Shown in pieces: positions 37,546-49,140 of a DNA stretch of 64,000 bases. Each line of letters opens with the position of its first letter. The first letter of the stretch is position 1. The translations under genes were made by a program, and so were the position numbers. This DNA is from Octopus sinensis (Eukaryota): contig NW_021836289.1 in NCBI RefSeq assembly GCF_006345805.1, positions 151,793-215,792 on the forward strand. Direction: 5' to 3'. The notes beneath the pieces are model-generated. The model was not told the DNA's origin, made no database searches, and was given only the letters and a program-made list of their open reading frames with translations.

Positions 37546-37719
37546 TCTTTTCACTCGAATATATATTCCACATTTTGCCTCACTGTATTTATTGCAATGC
37601 CAATATCTGCTAAGTAATATATGTAATATTTAAATTTTTCACTGGATGCGCTCAAAAAATAGTACATTTATCATTTCATGAATTATCTACATTCTTTTTA
37701 CCCGACAAGAAATTAAAAT

Positions 37720-38480
37720 CAATTAAATGCACTGGCCGAGGATCGAAAGATTCTCAAGTACGGCCACCTCTCGAATTGCTTTGGAGTCTTCGGGGATCTT
37801 CGGCCCCAGGACGCTCCGCTTTTTCGCTCCCTCGGTTGACGGATATCAAGAGTAATTCCAGTTTGACAAACTATTTTACCTGCAGCCGGTATGTTCCTAG
37901 ACAACGAATCAGTCCGCATTGGAATTTGTTTACAGCTTTGCATGGAGATTTGCCAGCCGCACCATTGTAGATGTGGAAAATTCATCGACAGGAGTGGTTT
38001 ATACCCTCTCTCTTGTCGTCTCAGTGCCGGGAAGATTTTCAGGCACGCCTCCTTAAATGATGTTGTGAAGCACGCGCTTAACGCCGCTGGATTCTCCTCA
38101 ATATTAGAACCGGTTGGACTGGACCGTGGGGACAGAAAACTCCCGTTCAGGGAGGGAATGGCACTCGTGAGAAATGTTATCTGCGTAGACTCATTTTCCT
38201 CATTATCGCTGGTTGACTCCGCTTCTCGTCCTGGATCTGCATCTGCCCTTGTCGAATCTATGAAAACTGCAAAATATGGCTCGTTGACCGATATCTGCTG
38301 CTTCATTCCTCTGGCTTTGAGACGAGTGGGATAATTGGACCCAAAGCGCTCAAACTCCTCTCAGAGATTGGTTTAATCATCTCGAGGAGGAGTCACGACA
38401 GTCGTGAAACGAGCTGGCTTTTTCAGCGAATATCGTTCCCGATATTACGTGGAAATTGCCTGTCCATCCGCTCGGAGTTA
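37720..38480 (+). mobile_element. CRE-like retrotransposon 3' part (same subfamily as 11900-13600)
   Basis: RIGICLQL...CRCG....SGLYPLSCR..RHASLNDVV..LEPVGLDRGD; near-identical to 12060-12240 and 13250-13580. Confidence 0.85.
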
Positions 38481-38779
38481 ACTTCTCTTTTTTGTACCTG
38501 CATCAAGAAATCTAAAACTGAGATCGTTCCAGAGATAGAAATAAATGATCAATAAACAATTTTCGACCCTTTCAGATAGAAGGATGTAGTCGTTTTCCTT
38601 TGCATATTTTACAAAATAGTACACTTAACAGATGACGTCACAAAAATTAGAAAGTTAACTGATAAAAAATAACATGTCAAGAATGCAACAAGGCCGAGAA
38701 TAGAACCATGACCGCTGTAATCAATTTTAATCATTGTCTAAAAATGGAATAATCAATTATTTCAGAGAAAACATTAACT

Positions 38780-39412
38780 AATTAGTGTCAATCATCTTTT
38801 TAAGGCGTTTTAAAGTGCCTTTTCTTTACTATTGTTTTACTATCTTTAACATTGACAAAATTTTTAGACAATTTTGTTACAATAGTGGCTGTATCTCCGT
38901 AAGAATGATCAAACGTTAAACTTTTCATTAGGTAAATCAGCAACAATATGGCTTGAACCGTCATGCTGTTTCAATGGCGCATCAAACGTAATAACTTGCA
39001 CTCATTTACGACTTGACGACTGATGTTTCGCTTGATTACGAAAAATCTCCTTCTGCAAAGTGCATCCAGAATATTATGCGCACAATTTGTTTCGTGGATT
39101 TCTTGAGCAATAATTTTCATTTCTTCTGTGCTTGTTAAAGCAAGATGTGAAGTTGATAAGTATTTTTTAGATATAACTTTCTGTCAATAAGATAGAAATT
39201 TACAGCTTTCTTTTTAGTCGGAACTTTCGGAATATCAACGTCTGGCCTTCAATGATGGATTTCAGTCTGGTATGGGCCATTAGGCTAACGTAATTATTTT
39301 CACTGGAATTATTATTTTATGACGACTTATGACGGCTGTCAGTGTTATGAAACCTGTAATAGTTTCACCCTCGACTCGGTTTCGCTCTCGTTTTCGATCT
39401 CGACTCGCGACA
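38780..39412 (-). mobile_element. Ginger2/KRBA2-like integrase-type transposon remnant
   Basis: HHCC-like IAQEIHETNCAH...RRFFVIKRNISRQVVNEC followed by HIVADL / KF..LK core fragments; terminus TGTCGCGAGTCGAGATCGAAAACGAGAGCGAAACCGAGTCGAG (TGT start, 6-nt periodic CGAG/CGAA units) at 39412. Confidence 0.6.
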
Positions 39413-39879
39413 TAATATGACAATAAATAATAGAAATTGAAAAAACTATTTTTTTTACATTTCCGAGGAAAATATCACAAGGTGAGACACCTTTGTTAAT
39501 GTACTATTATAATTTATGGCTAAATAAATTTTCTTTATAAAAGAGACTAAAACCGAATAATAATTCTGAAAAGAAGATTTCATAGGTATCATTCTGGTTT
39601 TTGAGATAAACAAAAATTACACACATTTCAATACAATTCGATAATAATTTTTGACGTTGCTGGTTTTTATTTTTACAATTTAAAATTTGTTTGATATTAT
39701 TAAAATATTTTTTGTATTTTTAACAAAAAATTTGCTCAAATTACCAGTTATCAAATAAAACAACATTCCAAGAACGCACAATGATTAATCATTTAGGTTA
39801 GTACATTAATTTTTTATTTTTAGTCTTTATTCTCTTTTTTGGAACAAAAGTTTAATCTATTAATAAATTGTTTATAGCA

Positions 39880-40577
39880 AATTCTACAAAATAATTCAGA
39901 ACAAATAAAAACCGCACTACATCCTAATTTGTGGACTGTTAAAAATTCCAAAAATTATATTTGCATGCTTCTCGAAGCTGAAATTAAAGTCGACTCACAA
40001 AATGTACATATTTTCAACATTTTGTACAGGAGATCGCTATATTCCGTAAAAATGAAACATCAACAGCAGGAAGTATCTGCAACCAATTGGACAATGAGCA
40101 AATTCTGAATCTCAACTCTTTGAGTGGAAAAAACTTAACTTTTTTTGCTCATTTGCTTCCTGGGAACATATACGAAGTTCAGAAAATTAGATTTTGCAAT
40201 CAAAGTTTGATTTTTAGTTAATTTTGCATAGAAAATTGTGACGAGAACGGTAATATAACATTGTTTAAAACGGAAAAAAAAATTATTACGCGTGTAAATC
40301 TCTGAAGTTGGTAAATATATCGTCGGCTGTGCATGTTGAAATAAAAAATTTAAAAATTGAGTTTTTTCACAATGATAAGTCTGAACATTTTAGCATAATT
40401 GGTTCTTTATTTCGATATGATAATTTTTTATTAGGAAATCATTGTGATTCAGATTTAAGAAAGAATACTAGGATTCCAATTATTTTGGGATCTATAATAA
40501 TTGTTATGCTGACGGTCGCATTTGTGACTTTTCTGTTGATAAGAAGAAAACAGAGTTCTACTTATAACTTGTTTTAA
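39880..40577 (+). CDS. LAMP-family lysosomal membrane glycoprotein (5' end not defined)
   Basis: LWTVKNSKNYICMLL, NYYAC, VEIKNLKIEFF, GNHCDSD, transmembrane IPIILGSIIIVMLTVAFVTFLLI and tail RRKQSSTYNLF (YxxPhi motif); micro-introns. Confidence 0.8.
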
Positions 40578-40899
40578 CTTTCTATATCAATTTTATTCTT
40601 ATCGCTGTGGTTTTGCAATATCAATTTTTTTATTTTCGTTGATTTTTAAGAAATATCAGCCACAACAATTAGGATTGTTTAGTTCTATTCTGTTCTGTCT
40701 ACAACTGAATATTTATTATTATTTTTTAGAAAAGAAACTTCATATGAGAATTATTTTCTAAATCTTTATAGTTCTTTAGGTAACCAAGCCAGTCTCCTTT
40801 TGACAATGGCTGACAGGCAATTGCGAAGTTGTAGTCATATCTATTTTCTGATAAATATCTTTTTATTTTTTTGCCCAGTTCGAAGGTCATTTCCATTTG

Positions 40900-41060
40900 T
40901 TCCAATAAGAAACAACCATGCTCTCAAGAATTTTCTTTATGATTGTATGTATGCATATGTTTTCTCATTGAAAAGACAGTTAAAAAAAGAGAAAGATTGT
41001 TTAAGACTACGCAGTTTAGGACGTCCTCCTAACCTCCCTCCCGTTCTTATTGATGGTTAG
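40900..41060 (-). mobile_element. CRE-like 3' end fragment
   Basis: AAGACTACGCAGTTTAGGACG(T/C)CCTCC shared with the nested copy at about 11030-11060. Confidence 0.5.
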
Positions 41061-42289
41061 CAATTATGCATATTGTAGATATTTTGAAATATTAATCCAA
41101 GAAATATTAATACACTGCACGAGAAAGATTTTTAAAACTTTTAAACTTTTTTTAACAATTTGTAAGCTTTAGGAAACTTTTTTAGTTCAATAGTTTCCGG
41201 AAAAATTCAGTGAGATGTCAATAATTAATAAATTTTGAAAGGAGAAATTTAGATATGATGTTTTTGGTTTCATTTTGTAAAATAATAAATGGGTTTGGTA
41301 GCTATTAGTCGATAGGGTAATGAAATAATTAGTGATAATCACTCACTCTTTTTAGCTTAAAAATTTTAAAATTGCAGATGAATAAATAATTTGGAAAGTA
41401 GATTGCAAGAATTAAATTTTTCTAGCTTCATTATAACATTCGAGAAATAACTAGGTTTATTGAACTCATATACTCTAGAAGGGATTGGATGCAGTAAAAT
41501 CTTTTCATTAAAAGTTTTCATCAAAATATATTATTTTTTATCTTTTTATAGTATTTTTATTTGCACTAGAACCCAAATTAATGATAGAACCAAAACTAAA
41601 GCAAATAATCCAGATGATTTAATAATTGAAAGGAAACTATACTTAAAATAAGGATAATGAAATCAATAGAGATTATATTTGAACATTGATTTTGTGAATA
41701 AGTATTAATAATGTGATCTTAATGAATTAGTAAAGTTAAAGTCGAAACAGAAAGTTTTTATAAACATTCATTATCGTTACTGTATACATGGCTAAAAAAA
41801 TGAAAAATAATTCTGATAATAAAAAAACCACTTCAATGGATAATTATAAGTAAATACTTATGTATTTTTAGTGGCAATCCTCTTTATGAAATATTCCGAA
41901 TATACGGGTATTATACGGACCTTACAAATCTGCACAGACCTTCTAGTGAAGATTCGTCGGACGTTGAAGATGTATAAGTATTCCCGATATATTATCGGAA
42001 TAAATAACATTGTTAAAAAATTGAATTAAATTTAAATTCATAACAAGGTTTAAAATGATAAAAACAAAAAAAGCCAATTCACTACATTAAAAATTATCTG
42101 GCATATCTAAAAATTAAGGAAAAAGAACAATGAAGGAAACTTGTTTATAAGAAAACCAAAAAAAGAAATAAACGCCGAGAAATGCTTCCATGACTGTGAC
42201 ACCAAAGAAAAGTATTTTTACAATATAAAATCTATTTTGATTATCTTACTGACTAAATGTCAAATCAACAACAATTAAACGCAAAATGA

Positions 42290-42900
42290 GAAATTAAGTA
42301 ATTCATTGATCCTGGTCTCCGGAAATTCTTCTCCTTTTGAGAAAACTGTCTACCAACGCACTATCACTTTTGTTCCCAGAATCGTTCATAATTTGCCCAT
42401 TTGTTTTATTCGGAAAGTCTTCGCAAAATTGATTTGTCATTTCAACCAACTGGCTGGTTACCGTAATGAATTCTTCTTGTGGCGTATGAATGCCATGTCT
42501 ATGTTTCACTACCATGCTTTCCAGTGTCGTCATCACAAGTGCCTGAATTTATGTCCTGCAAACGTGCAAATAAATGCATCTCACAACTTCGTTGTGCATT
42601 TTTACATAGTCACTGTTTAGCATTCTGTTGCACCGGGTAGCCATGTGGTCCACTGTCTACTCAGCTTTTTTGCAATAATCGCACAGCGCATCACGCGTAG
42701 AAAAGAACAAATTTCTATCTTGCAAAAAGCAACACAAGGCTTCACTTCTTGGTGTATTGTTCCCTTTGTTCAACCACAGACATTTTAATGTCAACATTAG
42801 AATCCTCTTCACATCTGAACAAGACAAAATGAAATAATTTGCTTTTAATTTTGTCGATAAATATTGCTGATGAACATCCCTCAGGGAGTTGCTAGTGATA
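42290..42900 (-). mobile_element. R4/NeSL-like retrotransposon 3' part (second subfamily)
   Basis: CDYCKKAE.TVDHMATRCNRMLNSDY...HNEVV zinc knuckle; ends LKRRRISGDQDQ*; homologous to 60785-60900. Confidence 0.8.
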
Positions 42901-42999
42901 GATAGATTATCAGTCATTCTAAATTTAGAGTCAAAAAAAACCCAAATTCTTGTTGTTACGTGCATGTTTGTTTTTACTGGGTTTAATGAAACATTTCCA

Positions 43000-45900
43000 A
43001 TGGACCTATCTACGAAAGATAATGAAAGAGAAACCAATAATAACGTAGATCGTGTGGTCCGTGGGCAGCTTGGAACGCAAGAATCTGATATTCCCCCTCA
43101 AATTTGGTGTCGCAACCGGATTGTCCTGCTAATCTGTTAACTCTACGGGCTATCATCGATCAAGTAACGCAGGTGAACATGATTAAATGGGCGAATGAAG
43201 TGGTCAACGTTTCTCGAGCAAGATTCAAAAGAATACCACGTGGTGGATGGCCTATGATTACTCAGGCTTTTAACGAAAAGTTCCTCACGTCCAAATCTGT
43301 GGCGAATGTGAAGAGTCTGGCTAAGATGACGGGAACAAAGTCTAACTCTCCAATGGATCAAGAAAAGAATCACAAGACTGAAATCTCTAATTTTAGAGAT
43401 TGCTCAATTGAATTTTCTTCCCAAATAGAGCAAGTAAAATCTATCTCTCGAAAAAAACGAAAGCCGACCAAAAAAGTCCCATATCAACTACTTAAAAAAG
43501 AAATATTGTCTGGAATAAATGCAGTGATTAATGAATATATAAAGACCAACCCTCCTGTCAATTTGAATGATATCACCGATATCGTTTATGCTGCACAGCT
43601 GACATACCAAGCTCTCACAAAATACTCTCCTAAGAATAACAACTAGAAAGGAATTATGGAAGCAAAACTAATTAAACTTAAAGAACAATACGAACAGACT
43701 AATACACTTATTGATCAAAAAGGAAGCTTGAAGTTTGATAATGCAACGAGGGATACGCTGAGTGAATATGGATATCGAAAGGCAAAGAAAGGAGAACTTG
43801 GAAGAATTTCTGCTTGCATTGGAGACGAAATAAAGATTGTTGAGAAGAAACTTCGACTCCATGATGCAAGAAAAGAATTTCGGAAACAGAATTGGTTCTT
43901 TGAACTGAATTGGCGTTGTTTCTATCGCAGTTTAAATGATGAAAGAAAGAGTGCAGAGTTTATGTTTAATAACAGTGAATGTCTATCATATTGGAAAAAA
44001 ATATGGAGTAGAAATGAGAAGAGCGATAATGTGTTACATATTAACAAGAGAGTGACATGGGCAGAGGATATATTTGCAGAGTTTAGTAAAGAAAGCATCC
44101 TTGAAACAATTAAACAACTCCCAAACTGGAGAGCTAGCGGTTGTGATGGGGTGTATAATTTCTTTCTAAAAAAAATGACCTCAATCCATGATCACTTGTG
44201 TGAAGAACTAGACAAGATAATCCATGGTGAATACACACAGGATGAGTGGTTCTACACTGGAATCACATATCTCATCCCAAAGAAAGATATTTGTCAAGGA
44301 CCCAAAGATTTGAGACCAATTACTTGTATGTCTAACTTATATAAACTTGCAACGAAATGTGTTAACAGGAAGTTGGGAGATTATATTGAGGCATATAATC
44401 TGATTGCCGATAATCAATTGGGAACTCGGCGAATGTGTCAAGGGGCAAAGGAACAAGCAATTCTTAACCGGTGCATTCACCAGCAAAACGGAAATAATTT
44501 GTTTTCTACCTGGATTGATGTAAAGAAAGCGTTCGATTCGGTAGATCACGACTTTCTGTTCCAGGTGCTTGAAAACTCCGGACTCCCTAGCTGGATTGTG
44601 AATTTTGTGAAGAACCTTGTAACGAAGTGAAGAATAAAGCTAATTCTGAATCATAATGAAATCGTAGAAGTAAAATTGGAAAGAGGAATACTCCAGGGTG
44701 ATTCCTTGTCACCTCAAATCTTTGCCCTGGTGATGGATCCTCATAGTAGAATTCTGAATGCTAAGTACCCAAAAGTGATGATTGATAACCAAGATCAGGG
44801 TTGTATTACATATACAACAAATCACTTACTGTTTATGGATGATCTAAAAATATTTTCACAAAAAGAAGATACAATGATGAATATGATGAATGAGGTAAAT
44901 AATTTCTTCGAAGCTGTCGGACTGGAAAAAAATGTCGAAAAGTCTGCAACTAATCTCACAAACCTTGGGTCTGAAGCTAAATTGCTTGATGGGATGGAAG
45001 GTTACAGATATCTTGGAGTGTTAGAAGATAGAAGAAGCGATGTATTGAAAAGCGAAGTATTGAAGGCACTCTTTGGGGAACTAAAAAAGAGGATCGACAA
45101 TTTTTCCAAGACCAAACTAAACTCGTGTAAATTATTTAAAGCCATAAATGAACACGCATTATCCCTCTATAACTATTATATTGGGCTTGTTGACATTGAG
45201 CCACTTGAGTTTGAACAAATTGACAAAAATGTACGCAGCATTCTTGTACATCATCAAATTCATTTGAAGCCTACAAACAAGGAAAGGCTTTACCTCCCAA
45301 GAGATCAATTTGGAAGAGGATTTGTATCCATTACTCATAAAAGTGAACGGATACTACTTCAATTCCTCCGTGATCTTGGAAAAAAATCTCGTTACTGCAT
45401 ATGAAAAGGAGGGATTCTGCGGGTCATTAATTCAAAGAGAACACATTTGGCCACAATTGCTGAATACCTCAAGCGCAAATACAACATTCAAGATATTGGA
45501 AGCTTGATTTGAACATGCTGAGAGAATTGCAGAATAACAGCTTAATTGAGCAAATAATGAAAAAACCATTACATGCAATTTCTTTGATTTTTTGAATGAT
45601 TCCAATGTCGACGTTGCAGAATCTTCTCATTGGTTATCACATGGAAATAACTCACCAAGATCCATGCTTTATCCATACTTTAGAACCGTAATCTATTTTT
45701 CGACAATGTTGGGGCAATTTGCAGTCACTGTAACTCTTCCAAAAAGACTGTTGACCACTTAGCAACGAGGTGTGGTCGAATGCTGAATAGTGACTACTTA
45801 CGACGACACAACGAAGTAGTGAAATGTGTACATCTACATCTATGCAGGGAGTATGGAATCAAGAAATCTAAGAAATTGAAAATCCACTCTGTTCAATCAG

Positions 45901-46520
45901 TGGTTGCGAATAACTCTGAGGAGATTCGTGTTAAAACGACAATTAATACGGATACAAAGGTTGAGAATAACAAGCCGGATATCTTTGTACTTGACAAAAT
46001 GAGGAACACAATCACGCTTATAGAGATTTGAATCACCTCTCAAAAAAAATTGAAGCAAGTCGAAGTGGAAAAACTCCACAAGTACGACCTGCTTGCCAGT
46101 GAACTGGGATTAATCCATAAAGCCAAGGTAACCATAGTACCATTGGTACTAACGTGGGATGGTGTTGTGAGTAAATACTATAAACACCATTGCGATACTA
46201 TTGGTTTGGAAGAACTTACACGAGCTTACATTCAGTTGGTGGTTATCAGAAAAACATTGGAGAGTATGCGTGTAGAACACAAATTTGGAATGATCCCGCC
46301 AGAAGAATGCCAAACGACTTGTTTTACAAATGGAACAACGGAAGAGGCTCTGCCAAGTGAGGCCATTGAGTCGAACTTGAGAACGACCACAGAAGAGGCC
46401 AACCCTGTGAGATGGATAAATGTGCCTATCGAAGAGATTGGCTTTAGCTCAAAGAGGAGGAGAATCGAGTAAGAGGACGCATTAATTAGTTCAATTGATA
46501 AATAATTAGTCTTGACTTCT
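43000..46520 (+). mobile_element. Near full-length R4/NeSL-like RLE non-LTR retrotransposon (single ORF broken by stops/frameshifts)
   Basis: Myb-like N-terminus; RT (LRPITCMSNLYK, WIDVKKAFDSV, RGILQGDSLSP, LLFMDD, YRYLG, RLYLPR..GRG); CCHC knuckle (C..C..TVDHLATRC); RLE (KPDIFV, VEVEKLHKY). Confidence 0.93.
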
Positions 46521-46559
46521 AGAGACAAAAAATCTTGCGATCGTCGAAATATGCAGTTT

Positions 46560-48900
46560 CTGTTTTTTTCTGAGACAAATAGCCGACTTTTTCTCCAAGG
46601 TGTTCAAGAACTAAAGCAGCATTAATTCATTCTTAATTTAGAATTAAGTATTCTGCTTATTGTATTCATTACCAATACGAATAATTGCGGAGATAAAGCG
46701 TCTCCTTGTAGAATTCCGCAATTCGACTTCAGTCCAATTCTCTTTTTTCCAAGATGAAGACAAACGTTCCACTTATTCACCAGGTTTTTTTTTATAAAGT
46801 TGACTATTTATAAGGGAATTCCCGCACAGTCCAGCACATGAAACAGGAATTCGTGATTATACACTCTTTTTTGAATAAATTATACACTCTATCACATCCA
46901 AATGTCTTCCAATCGCAGGACCACTTAACGGTCTGTTTAATAAATTCTTCAGTTAACTCCAAAAGTGCACTCTCGATACCGGTGACCACGACCCTAACTC
47001 ACTTAGGGGGATTCTTCTTGCACCAGACCTCATCTCAAAAGGACTATTTTCTGATTTCGTTACCGTCTGTCATGTGGACTTGTGTATGAATTGATCAACG
47101 TTTGCAATGCCACTGTACTACTATCTAAAAGGAATTCCCAAATTTTAGTTCAAACGCCTCTAAAAGAGTACTCCAGAATCTAAAAGAGGATCATCTTTTT
47201 TCAGAGTGTGCCAAAACATTTAACAAGAAAACAAGATCTAAATATTTCTCAAATTCAAATTGTGATATTTTGATTTTAAAATTATCTTTAACAGAAAAAC
47301 AAAGCCTCTAATAACTATGAATACAGCATTATTGACGAGATCGTGGTTCTTATCCCAGGTCTAGTTGTTTTTGCGATTTTATCTGTTGATCCCAACTTTC
47401 TTGTACTGTTTCTTAATTAAAAGTCATTTCAGTGAAATGAGTATCTGTAGCACAGCTATTTGTTTTCGTTTGGTATATTAAGTATTGTCATATGTGTTGT
47501 ATTCGGCGTTGTAATAGATGCTGTATCCAGTTGAAATACGACATTCGACTGGCTGGAAATTGCCTATCTGAGATTTAAAAATCTTCGATTTTTTAAGTTT
47601 TAATGTCTGACGAGCTTACCACTTTCGGCAGCAAAGTGATGATGAATTAGGGTTTTTCATTGTTGCAAGTGCCTTAAGTGGTTTGTGTGACCGGCCTCAT
47701 GTTGAAAATGGTGAGGGGAGTGATTATCTTCCACAAACGACGAAATTACGAACGGGAACAGTTCTCACTGAGAATGTATTTCTTTGTTATAATATCAGCA
47801 ACATTGATTGGAATCATTTCAATTTTTGCTTAAAATACTAAATCTTGACGAGATCAATTATTTGGATGAAAAAATAAGAAATATTATTCTAAGTTATCTG
47901 GGAGACTATGGAAAAAAAGGTTTATCTTCTCATAAAAATCAAAAATCAATTTTTTAATGAGCAAAAAATTATTTGACAAATTAAGTGACGAACAATTGCT
48001 GTAAAAATTTTACTATACGGTTGACGTAACATCAGAACTTAGGTTAGGTTATCCAATTAAGTCGTGTCCGACCATTGGAGATCGCATAAGCCAATTTTTT
48101 CCATTCCGCCTGGTCATTCAAAATTTTGAAAAGGCTTGATTTACGGTGTGCTGCATCTTAAGTGGAAGATGTTACTCAGTTCACGTTCTAGCTGTCCCCC
48201 AGACAAGTACAGTCCGACCTCGATTTTGAACAGACCTCGGGACTGGAACACCTCAGTTTTTGGAACACTTAGTGTTCCAATTCAAGGTCGGACTGTATAA
48301 TTTTTCTTTATCGCTTGGCAACACGTGGAGGTGATTCCTTCTAAGTACTTTTCAGACAATAAGGTCTGTTTCATCGTACTCACTTTGCTAAAATTCGATC
48401 ACGACAACATACTAATTGATTCATAGAATGAGTTTTGTACATTGAGGCTAGTTTTGCATAACATTGCTTCCCTATTACCACACCTTCCACTACATACTTC
48501 CTCGTTTGGGAATGATTAATGACGCTGTTCAACCAAACCACGACACTAATATCCTTGGTATTTTTCAAATCCTTGATTAGATCACCACAGACAGGTGTGT
48601 TAGATGCCAACATGTTTTAGGTGAGATCCAGCCATAAGTACTTTATGAAATCTTCCAGAGTTTCTCCCAACGAGTGATGAGCTGGTTTGAGCTAAAACGT
48701 GCTTGACCATCCATCGATATTTGTTCAAATTGGTAAGTGTGAACTCTATTCAGCTGTTCTAGACAGTGGGCGAACAGAAATATAGATATTCTGTCGCCAT
48801 TTAATATGCCCCTCTCTAGCTTAACCCCGCCAATATCACACTTATTGCAGTATAGATGAACATTACACCTGTCAAATACTTGTCAAAAAGTCATTATGAT
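46560..48900 (-). mobile_element. Decayed R4/NeSL-like copies (one or two), tail-to-tail with 43000-46520
   Basis: GILQGDALSPQLFVLVM (about 46700), DWKTFGCDRVYNLF (about 46900), KLERGILNGDRIS (about 48810). Confidence 0.65.
48210..48295. mobile_element. 86-bp Tc1/pogo-type MITE
   Basis: TA|CAGTCCGACCT...AGGTCGGACTG|TA; internal perfect palindrome TTGGAACACT-T-AGTGTTCCAA. Confidence 0.85.
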
Positions 48901-49140
48901 GAAGGATACCGTAATAAATATATAAATTCTTATGAAAAAACTGATAATGAAATATAGACTTTTTTTAATGAAAAAAAACCGATTTAAATCTAATTCTGTT
49001 AGTTATGAAGATATTGGTAGTCAGAAATTTACAGTCAATACAAAATGTTTGTACCGATTTTAGAATTTTAAAAATAAATTAAAAAACTTTATATAATATC
49101 CGTGTTATCTTATTAAATTACGCTATTTCTTGACGAAAAT

